IMG/VR virus record: IMGVR_UViG_3300034071_001431
Location: 50,035-114,034 of that record
Source: a virus
Taxonomy: Duplodnaviria > Caudoviricetes
Strand: one strand, 5' to 3'
DNA length: 64,000 bases
The notes beneath the pieces are model-generated. The model searched no databases, was not told where the DNA came from, and worked only from the letters and a program-made list of their open reading frames with translations. Shown here one piece after another: positions 8,131-14,211 of the stretch; within the stretch, counting starts at the first letter, position 1, and each line of letters begins with the position of its first letter. Made by a program: the position numbers and the translations under genes.

Positions 8131-8257
8131 GGTTTTTGAGCGCCTAGCTATCTGTACCGGACAGCCTTGCTAGATTGTCTCGAATCGGAGAGATCAACAT
8201 ATTTCGCGCAATTCCATAATCCATTGATGCGGACGCTACTTAGGACTCAATCCAACC
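8131..8257 (-). ncRNA. Unassigned structured RNA
   Basis: 5' GGTT..TTGAGT.CCTA pairs with 3' TAGG.GCTCAA..AACC; internal hairpins TCTC/GAGA and CTGT/ACAG. Confidence 0.45.
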
Positions 8258-8271
8258 GTCTATCTCAAAAC

Positions 8272-8346
8272 TGGCTCCGAAGGGTGGGATCGAACCACCG
8301 ACCAAAAGATTAACAGTCTTCTGCGCTACCGCTACGCTACTTCGGA
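8272..8346 (-). tRNA. tRNA-Asn(GTT)
   Basis: Loop CTGTTAA; GCCA. Confidence 0.92.
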
Positions 8347-8353
8347 ATTGACT

Positions 8354-8430
8354 TGGTGGAAGATAAAGGGATCGAACCTTTGACCTTGGCCTTGTAAGGG
8401 CCCTGCTCGTACCAGCTGAGCTAATCTTCC
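8354..8430 (-). tRNA. tRNA-Val(TAC)
   Basis: Loop CTTACAA; ACCA. Confidence 0.9.
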
Positions 8431-8437
8431 TATAATA

Positions 8438-8513
8438 TGGTGGAGGTGACAAGGATCGAACTTGCTACATCCTGCTTGCAAAGCAGGCGCTCTCCCAAAT
8501 GAGCTACACCCCC
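8438..8513 (-). tRNA. tRNA-Ala(TGC)
   Basis: Loop TTTGCAA; G3:U70 pair present. Confidence 0.95.
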
Positions 8514-8590
8514 GTATTTCTTTTCTATAATATATAATGTTCATCTACTTTGTTAGTAGTGGACTGTACCGCGCAGTCACTTTCTATAAT

Positions 8591-8802
8591 GTTACACGAT
8601 AGTAATAAGTGTTTTGCTACTTCGCACTACCAAAGCCCAAAACTGAGTAGTTACCCTGTCCAACTGTTTCCTTATGGGTGCAACAGTAAATAACCTACGC
8701 ATTTCTCAAGTCGCTCACGTAATAAGCCTTGCAGTAGAGCGTATGCACTGTGCTAGTATGGTCATTAGCAATATACCCACTTTGATAAAGTAAAAGTGTA
8801 AC
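8591..8802 (-). ncRNA. Unassigned ~210-nt structured RNA
   Basis: GTTACAC/GTGTAAC closing helix; inner TGCTA/TAGCA, CGCTC/GAGCG and ACTGTT/AACAGT stems; no credible ORF. Confidence 0.5.
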
Positions 8803-8810
8803 CTGGTGTT

Positions 8811-8884
8811 TGGAGCGGGATATCAGAATCGAACTGATGACAGAAGTTTGGAAAACTCCAGTTTTGCCATTAAACTAATCCCGC
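8811..8884 (-). tRNA. tRNA-Gly(TCC)
   Basis: Loop TTTCCAA; TCCA. Confidence 0.9.
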
Positions 8885-8888
8885 ATGT

Positions 8889-8973
8889 TGGTGCGAATGG
8901 TCGGACTTGAACCGACATGCCCTGCGGCGAGGGATTTTAAGTCCCTTGTGTATACCAATTTCACCACACTCGC
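8889..8973 (-). tRNA. tRNA-Leu(TAA)
   Basis: AGGGA-CTTAAAA-TCCCT; variable arm. Confidence 0.92.
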
Positions 8974-8981
8974 TTTACTAC

Positions 8982-9066
8982 TGGTGCGGCTGGTCAGACT
9001 CGAACTGACACGTCTTTCGACACGAGCTTCTAAGACTCGCATGGCTACCAATTACATCACAACCGC
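8982..9066 (-). tRNA. tRNA-Leu(TAG)
   Basis: CGAGT-CTTAGAA-GCTCG; variable arm. Confidence 0.9.
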
Positions 9067-9504
9067 TTTTTTCTTTCTGCCACCCTTACGATTAAGAGCA
9101 ATTTTTCTTTTGTGCTCTTCAGTTAGGGTCTTACCTTTATTTGCTTTGCCGCCAGCAGATTTATTACCTTTAGCGTTTAATCTACAAGCTTCTTCGTAAC
9201 CATATTTGGCAACTGTTCTGTCCCAAATTGAATTGCCAGGGCCTTGATCTAATCTATTTTCTTGTGCTGTACCCCAATATAAATGATTAGGATTACTACA
9301 CTTTTCGTTATTACAAGCATGACAGATATGTATCTTGTGCCCGCTCGGAATAGTTGTGTTTAGTATATGAGCCATTAAACCTTTACAATAACTAGACAAT
9401 CCACCTTTTATAGGTCCGCCTCGTTCTATACAGGGTTCTGTTAAAACTAAGTGCTGCTGTCTTGCTTCTTTAGGCTGTGTAATGTATTCTTCTATTAATA
9501 ACAT
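9052..9504 (-). CDS. HNH homing endonuclease with NUMOD3-like tail
   Basis: ICHACNNEKCSNPNHLYWGTAQEN (HNH) and GKTLTEEHKRKIA (NUMOD3); stop codon lies inside tRNA-Leu(TAG). Confidence 0.85.
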   Translation of the reverse strand: MLLIEEYITQPKEARQQHLVLTEPCIERGGPIKGGLSSYCKGLMAHILNTTIPSGHKIHICHACNNEKCSNPNHLYWGTAQENRLDQGPGNSIWDRTVAKYGYEEACRLNAKGNKSAGGKANKGKTLTEEHKRKIALNRKGGRKKKAVVM

Positions 9505-9557
9505 TTCGTATCTCCTTATGTTTATTTAGCTAAACACAGTGAAAAACGTTAATTAAT

Positions 9558-9583
9558 GTGTATACCAATTCCACCAAAGAGGC
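9558..9583 (-). pseudogene. 5' remnant of a tRNA-Leu
   Basis: GCCTCTTTGGTGGAATTGGTATACAC is an acceptor 5' strand plus D-arm almost identical to the Leu(TAA) D-arm; it stops abruptly at the HNH leader. Confidence 0.65.
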
Positions 9584-9596
9584 ATTATTGTATTTT

Positions 9597-9672
<76 letters not shown>

Positions 9673-9681
9673 GATAAGATT

Positions 9682-9849
9682 TTATTTAACTAAGCGTGAT
9701 TCCAATATAGCAATCCTGTTACGGAGTTTTGCTTTATCTTTACCTTTGCTAGCTTTATCCAACAATGTATTTAGTTGGGTTAAATTCAAGGGACCTAATT
9801 TAGGTTTGCCTGTGCGTGTTTTCATTGAATCTGCTTTTTTAATTGCCAT
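9682..9849 (-). CDS. Small basic hypothetical protein (55 aa, start MAIKKADS)
   Basis: AGGGGA RBS; the longer ORF call overlaps tRNA-fMet. Confidence 0.65.
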   Translation of the reverse strand: MAIKKADSMKTRTGKPKLGPLNLTQLNTLLDKASKGKDKAKLRNRIAILESRLVK

Positions 9850-9867
9850 GTTATTCCCCTGTGTATT

Positions 9868-9942
9868 TGGTTGCGGAGGACGGATTCGAACCGCCGATCT
9901 AAAGGTTATGAGCCTTCCGGGTTGCCACTTCCCCACCCCGCG
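9868..9942 (-). tRNA. tRNA-fMet-like (CAT)
   Basis: 5' CGCGGGG, C1:A72 mismatch, loop CTCATAA; only two of the three G-C pairs in the anticodon stem. Confidence 0.85.
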
Positions 9943-10118
9943 ATAAAAGTTCTGCGGCCAGTACAGGCCTGTTATCATGTGCAGAATCATGGCTAATTTC
10001 AAAGATGGAGTTTCACCATAGGCATTAACTACCCTTCGGACGGTTTGCTATTCTCTCCTAACCTCGAATACATAATGTAATAGCTTTCTTCCATGTACTT
10101 ATTTGTTACTATCTATAC

Positions 10119-10147
10119 AGTGTAGCAGTTTTGATATGTGTTGTCAA
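10119..10147 (-). promoter_or_regulatory. Internal sigma70 promoter TTGACA-17-TACACT
   Basis: Read from the minus strand. Confidence 0.65.
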
Positions 10148-10168
10148 CTACTACTACTTAAATTAAAT

Positions 10169-10345
10169 GCTCTGACGGGTGTGCGCGGTAGACTCCAGCA
10201 TCACTTAATGGACTACATGCCTTTCGCCGCTGGCCACACCCCGCTCTCGGATTGCCACCGCTAGTTTGGTAAGACTAGAACCACCCTTGGCTATCACACC
10301 ACTTCTCATCGTGCGGGTCACAATATCCATTGATTAGATGGAACG
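10169..10345 (-). ncRNA. Unassigned ~175-nt GC-rich structured RNA
   Basis: GGGTGTG/CACACCC, CCAGC/GCTGG, CTAGT/ACTAG and TCCAT/ATGGA stems directly after tRNA-Trp. Confidence 0.55.
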
Positions 10346-10348
10346 TCC

Positions 10349-10422
10349 TGGCTCCGGTGGAGGGAATCGAACCCCCACTAGTGGTTTTGGAGACCACCGC
10401 ACTGCCATTATACTACACCGGA
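10349..10422 (-). tRNA. tRNA-Trp(CCA)
   Basis: GTGGT-CTCCAAA-ACCAC. Confidence 0.92.
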
Positions 10423-10436
10423 ATATACTTAAAACT

Positions 10437-10514
10437 TGGCGACACTTACGGAATTCGAATCCGTGATCTCTACCGTGACAGGGTAGCGCATTAAGCCAGC
10501 TATGCTAAAGTGCC
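10437..10514 (-). tRNA. tRNA-Asp(GTC)
   Basis: CTACC-CTGTCAC-GGTAG. Confidence 0.92.
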
Positions 10515-10572
10515 AAAGAACTTCCGAGCCGACTGCAAGCAGTATTCTACGGACGGAAGCCATATTAAAAGT

Positions 10573-10647
10573 TGGGTTGACTAACCGGGTTCGAACCGGT
10601 GATGAAGGAATCACAATCCTTAGTATTACCACTATACTATAGTCAAC
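10573..10647 (-). tRNA. tRNA-His(GTG)
   Basis: Loop TTGTGAT; encoded G-1:C73. Confidence 0.9.
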
Positions 10648-10653
10648 ATTGAA

Positions 10654-10734
10654 ACCATACAGAAACACACTGTGGGCGTTGCTATGCAGCATACTAAATC
10701 TAGTCTAGTTGCGAACAATGTGTTTTCTTATGGT
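10654..10734. repeat. Long imperfect inverted repeat enclosing a ~40-nt loop
   Basis: accatacagaaacacactgt / acaatgtgttttcttatggt. Confidence 0.7.
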
Positions 10735-10809
10735 GGTAGGAGAGATGGGGTACGATCCCACAACCTCGAAATTAAAAGTTTCTTGCTCTGCCAGTTGAGC
10801 TACTCTCCC
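10734..10809 (-). tRNA. tRNA-Lys(TTT)
   Basis: Loop CTTTTAA; atypical T-loop ATCGTAC. Confidence 0.88.
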
Positions 10810-10870
10810 ATATATGTATAAAGATGTTTAACGTGCCTATCCTTAATCATACATGGGATTAAAGACGACA

Positions 10871-10891
10871 CTAAAGTTTACCTCGCTTCAT
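10871..10891 (-). CDS. Minigene MKRGKL
   Basis: AGGAG RBS 6 nt before ATG AAG CGA GGT AAA CTT TAG, followed by a hairpin. Confidence 0.35.
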   Translation of the reverse strand: MKRGKL

Positions 10892-10921
10892 GTGTTGCTC
10901 CTATTAAATTTACTACAAAAC

Positions 10922-11007
10922 TGGTGGGCAAGGATGGAATCGAACCAACTCAACCAGGGGTAACAGATTTACAGTCTGCTGCGCCTCTCCAACTGCGCCG
11001 CTTGCCC
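10922..11007 (-). tRNA. tRNA-Tyr(GTA)
   Basis: GCAGA-CTGTAAA-TCTGT; variable arm. Confidence 0.92.
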
Positions 11008-11013
11008 ATTGTA

Positions 11014-11102
11014 ATACCATATTGAAGCATACTATAATTCTAAGTTTAACGGCCAGAGTTAACTTGGCATTAGAAACGGTACAATATGCTTCAATATGGT
11101 AT
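11014..11102. repeat. Perfect 18-bp inverted repeat enclosing a ~53-nt loop
   Basis: ataccatattgaagcata / tatgcttcaatatggtat; one arm overlaps the 3' ACCA of tRNA-Glu. Confidence 0.85.
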
Positions 11103-11171
11103 CGCGTAGCGGAATCGAACCGCTCCTAGTTGGATGAAAACCAACTGTTCTAACCGATAAACTAACGCGAT
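11097..11171 (-). tRNA. tRNA-Glu(TTC)
   Basis: GTTGG-TTTTCAT-CCAAC. Confidence 0.9.
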
Positions 11172-11182
11172 ATTGTAAAACT

Positions 11183-11200
11183 ATAAATTGTTAAAGAGCG
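11183..11200 (-). promoter_or_regulatory. rrn-type boxA antitermination element
   Basis: CGCTCTTTAACAATTTAT versus the rRNA leader boxA consensus TGCTCTTTAACA. Confidence 0.8.
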
Positions 11201-11222
11201 TATTACTTAACTTCAAGTAGCT

Positions 11223-11250
11223 ATTATACACTCTTTAATTTATTTGTCAA
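11223..11250 (-). promoter_or_regulatory. sigma70 promoter TTGACA-16-TATAAT
   Basis: Consensus hexamers with a 16-bp spacer, as in rrn P1-type promoters. Confidence 0.75.
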
Positions 11251-11253
11251 TCT

Positions 11254-11316
11254 TTATTTTTGTCTTGCGTAAGATGGAAAGCCGAAGCCTCCAACATCAG
11301 TATCATGTTCGTTCAT
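11254..11316 (-). CDS. 20-aa peptide MNEHDTDVGGFGFPSYARQK
   Basis: AAGGAG RBS; ORF also contains a GGC-TTCG-GCT hairpin. Confidence 0.4.
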   Translation of the reverse strand: MNEHDTDVGGFGFPSYARQK

Positions 11317-11340
11317 GATCGTTTCTCCTTTAGCATTTTA

Positions 11341-11640
11341 TCCGCCTGCAATTAAGTATAAATCAGCGGTTATAACTTTAATTCCTGTAAGTACTACAGG
11401 GCGGGATAGTTATGTTTCCCTACTGCGCTCTAGATTGGGGGCTTCCTTGGATACTACGCCAGTACGCTATCCTCGTTCTCGTAGGGATTAAACCCCTTCC
11501 TGCCACACCTCAGTCCACAGGACTATACTTGCCTGTGTTCAAGTTAAATTGTTCCGCAAGCTCCATTGTACGCTTCCCTATCCTAAGCCGGACACAGGCG
11601 TCTTGCGCTTCTAATGAGGTCGCAACCCTCTCTAGGCGGT
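11341..11640 (-). ncRNA. Unassigned ~300-nt multi-domain structured RNA
   Basis: Nested helices CCGCCT/AGGCGG, GAGG/CCTC, GCCTGTGT/ACACAGGC, AAGTATA/TATACTT, CCCTAC/GTAGGG, ATAACT/AGTTAT and CCTGTA/TACAGG. Confidence 0.65.
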
Positions 11641-11644
11641 TTTC

Positions 11645-11722
11645 TGGTCTCTCGTGTAGGATTCGAACCTACGTTCTTCTTGCTCCCAAAGCAAGTGCCA
11701 TACCAGACTAGGCGAACGAGAG
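11645..11722 (-). tRNA. tRNA-Pro(TGG)
   Basis: CTTGC-TTTGGGA-GCAAG; C1:G72, A73. Confidence 0.92.
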
Positions 11723-11745
11723 TTAAACGCACTCATATGAATGCG

Positions 11746-11828
11746 TATAATAAAGTACACTAATTGCTCTCTTAAGACATAATCCACATTGCGTGGGACC
11801 TAGTTGCCGATTAATGTACTTTATTATA
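11746..11828. repeat. 19-bp inverted repeat (one G:U) enclosing a structured loop
   Basis: tataataaagtacactaat / attaatgtactttattata. Confidence 0.8.
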
Positions 11829-11932
11829 ACAAGTATTTTCTGTTCACAAAAGAACATGCCATCCACTTGTCCGCCCATTTGCCTTTTTAACGTGTGTGCC
11901 GCGATCTCGTTTCGCATAACACGTACTGCTTA

Positions 11933-12061
11933 CTACTTAGAAAGTTTCTTTAAAAGATTAACATTTTCTGTTAATAGTTGGGTTACCCTTTCTAATTTTT
12001 GTTCTAATACCACTATCCTTTGTTCTGGAGTCGGCTTTTGAACAGTTTCTTTTTTATCCAT
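11933..12061 (-). CDS. 42-aa coiled-coil peptide, first gene after the attenuator
   Basis: AAGGAG RBS; MDKKETVQKPTPEQRIVVLEQKLERVTQLLTENVNLLKKLSK shows heptad periodicity. Confidence 0.65.
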   Translation of the reverse strand: MDKKETVQKPTPEQRIVVLEQKLERVTQLLTENVNLLKKLSK

Positions 12062-12078
12062 CTCCGGCTCCTTAAAAG

Positions 12079-12113
12079 CAAAAAACCCTAGTCTTTCGAG
12101 CTAGGGTTTAAGT
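12079..12113 (-). terminator. Intrinsic terminator (attenuator)
   Basis: AAACCCTAG-CTCGAAAGA-CTAGGGTTT followed by a U-run. Confidence 0.85.
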
Positions 12114-12143
12114 AAAAATTCATTTCTGATATAAAAATAAACG

Positions 12144-12269
12144 TTAACTTAAACCCTCATTATGCGGTGTGCGATCATTACTGCCTAATGTCTCAATCGC
12201 TGACCAATAAGACATCGTGGCAAGTATCTGCACTGGTGATTTCTTAAATTGATTACACGTTTTAAACAT
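12144..12269 (-). CDS. Putative attenuator leader peptide (41 aa, all 20 amino acids)
   Basis: MFKTCNQFKKSPVQILATMSYWSAIETLGSNDRTPHNEGLS*; AAGGA RBS; last codons AGGGTTTAAGT are complementary to the terminator 5' arm. Confidence 0.7.
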   Translation of the reverse strand: MFKTCNQFKKSPVQILATMSYWSAIETLGSNDRTPHNEGLS

Positions 12270-12310
12270 TTTGCTTTCGCTTCCTTTAATTAATTTCTTA
12301 TTAAGCTGCT

Positions 12311-12339
12311 ATTATATATTCTATTTATACTCTTGTCAA
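12311..12339 (-). promoter_or_regulatory. sigma70 promoter TTGACA-17-TATAAT with TATAAATA late promoter in the spacer
   Basis: Both motifs read directly; heads the tRNA array. Confidence 0.85.
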
Positions 12340-12363
12340 GTACTTTATCTATTTATTTATCAT

Positions 12364-13098
12364 TTATTTTTGAACCGGTGTTATATCCGGTGATTTTTTG
12401 AATCTTTGTCTAGTTTTACCGTGCATTGTATAAACACTATTGTCCGGTACATCATCTAATACCAAACTACCAATGTATACTATAGCATTATTACCTACAG
12501 TGAGCAAGTCTTTTTTTCTACTCGGTATTAATGTACTTCTAACTCCAATGCGAACATTGTTGCCAACTTTAACATGTGCTAAAATACTTGCGGCGCCGAT
12601 AATACTATTGCGCCCTACAGTTGTATCAACTAATCTTGTGTCCCAATCAATTACACTGTAATCACCTATTACTACATCTGATCCGATACTAGCATTAGAC
12701 AAAATCATAATACCTTTGCCCAATGTTAAATTACGTTTACTATGAAACCAATGCACATCTTTTGATATTAAGTTTACTACTGTTACACCTGCCTTGTCGA
12801 GTAACTCTAACCGTTGACGTCTAAGTGTATCTGCATCAAATTCTTGCCCTAGTGCTTGTTTACCATCCCACCAGTTTGCCGGAAAGAAATTGTATTTTGC
12901 CCATTTATTGTTAGGTACAAGTAATTCTTCTTCTGACCCTATTACAGGAATACCGCAAATCTCAGTGGTATTACCCCAATAGTGCTTATCTAGTATTCCG
13001 ATAATTTTATATCCGCTATGTTTAGCAGTTTCTATTATATCGGCTAGGTTTTGTCTACTACCAACCAATACTAATTTCTTTTTAAACAAGTTAAACAT
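12364..13098 (-). CDS. Sugar O/N-acetyltransferase (NeuD/PglD-like, left-handed beta-helix)
   Basis: N-terminal IIGILD..GIPVIG domain plus hexapeptide repeats. Confidence 0.8.
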   Translation of the reverse strand: MFNLFKKKLVLVGSRQNLADIIETAKHSGYKIIGILDKHYWGNTTEICGIPVIGSEEELLVPNNKWAKYNFFPANWWDGKQALGQEFDADTLRRQRLELLDKAGVTVVNLISKDVHWFHSKRNLTLGKGIMILSNASIGSDVVIGDYSVIDWDTRLVDTTVGRNSIIGAASILAHVKVGNNVRIGVRSTLIPSRKKDLLTVGNNAIVYIGSLVLDDVPDNSVYTMHGKTRQRFKKSPDITPVQK

Positions 13099-13285
13099 CG
13101 TTGATTACATCAATTCCTGCTGTATCACCTAATTCACTTACTGCTTCTACTGCGGCTTTTTTCTTTGGTGCGCCCCAGAAGTTAGTTGTTGCTGTTTCGC
13201 TTTGTACACCGCGGGCAATTTGTTTGATTTCCCCACCTGTAGCTAAGAACTCTTGCATTGCTTGTTGGTATTCTTCGTTTGTCAT
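13091..13285 (-). CDS. SutA-like RNAP-binding small protein
   Basis: AMQEFLATGGEIKQI resembles the SutA core (AMEEFL.RGG.V..I), recalled from family knowledge. Confidence 0.6.
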   Translation of the reverse strand: MTNEEYQQAMQEFLATGGEIKQIARGVQSETATTNFWGAPKKKAAVEAVSELGDTAGIDVINDV

Positions 13286-13306
13286 ATTGTTCCTTAAGTT
13301 TTAATT

Positions 13307-13335
13307 AGTATAGCAAATTAATTGTCAGCCGTCAA
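13307..13335 (-). promoter_or_regulatory. sigma70 promoter TTGACG-17-TATACT
   Basis: Directly upstream of the SutA-like gene. Confidence 0.65.
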
Positions 13336-14211
13336 CTGATTTTTTATTATATAGTTGTAGAGATAATCAGCCCAACGTTCGTGCCCTTCTTCTCGCGGAT
13401 GCCAACGTTTAAATAACAACGGGTTTACATTCATTAAGTCTCGACGTTCGTTAATCATGTTATACCATGTCTCACCAACTTCTGTTTTAAACTTATTAGT
13501 TATTAATTCGTTGCGTTCTAAAAATTTTGCAATTGACCAAACTCCCGAACCCTGCATATAACAAGGATTTAACGGAATATCAAATAATAAATCAATCCAA
13601 TGTTTAGGAGTCTGCGTTGGGTGCGATATTATAGAATTAGTAAACGCAGGGCCAGCAATACACCTAACTGTAGGATTTTGTTTCAACACCTGATCAATTC
13701 TTTGGTAGTGCCAAGTTTCGACATCTTGCAATACATCCATTATTGATTGATTAGCAGTGTCGGCAAATGATGTTTTATACTGAGTGATCACTCGAGTTTC
13801 GTATTCACCGTCAAGTTCCCTACCATGATCACTAAATCCCAACACTGCTATAATCTTTTTAGTCTGCGGAACTAGTTGCGGCACTAACTTTTCAAATTCA
13901 CCAATGACCCAATCCCAACTGCCCCCAGGTAAGGCTATCTGTACCCAATTGGCTCCTAACTTTTGTGCTAATGAATTACCAAACACCTTAGATATTCTAT
14001 AGTCAGTATCACCACAGGCCTCTGAGCGTAGCCCATTGGACACTCCAAGTTCATCTCCCCAAGTCCAACTATCACCAATGGTCAGCAATGTGACATCGGA
14101 CCCAACATTGCGATTTACAGTTAAATCGACCCAGGCCCAATTGATATCAAATCTAAGATCAAATTCATTTACCATGTAGTCAGTCCTTGTGTCCATTGCC
14201 ATTGAATCCAT
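13318..14211 (-). CDS. SGNH/GDSL hydrolase-like protein
   Basis: IGDSWTWG block I and WHPREEGH block V; the true start may be downstream. Confidence 0.7.
   Translation of the reverse strand: MDSMAMDTRTDYMVNEFDLRFDINWAWVDLTVNRNVGSDVTLLTIGDSWTWGDELGVSNGLRSEACGDTDYRISKVFGNSLAQKLGANWVQIALPGGSWDWVIGEFEKLVPQLVPQTKKIIAVLGFSDHGRELDGEYETRVITQYKTSFADTANQSIMDVLQDVETWHYQRIDQVLKQNPTVRCIAGPAFTNSIISHPTQTPKHWIDLLFDIPLNPCYMQGSGVWSIAKFLERNELITNKFKTEVGETWYNMINERRDLMNVNPLLFKRWHPREEGHERWADYLYNYIIKNQLTADN

Noticed and set aside
9945-10095. c-di-GMP-I riboswitch-like GCAAACC..GAA segment downstream of an internal promoter
   Set aside because: The second stem and GACGCAAAG consensus are missing. Some hairpins are present but support is too weak to call.
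11341-11640. RNase P RNA, tmRNA or group I intron identity
   Set aside because: No GAGGAAAGTCC core, no tRNA-Ala-like ends, and it does not interrupt a gene.
11830-11930. Pistol/hammerhead ribozyme resemblance (CACGTTAAA, CGAAAC)
   Set aside because: No CTGANGA core and no pistol pseudoknot pairing found.
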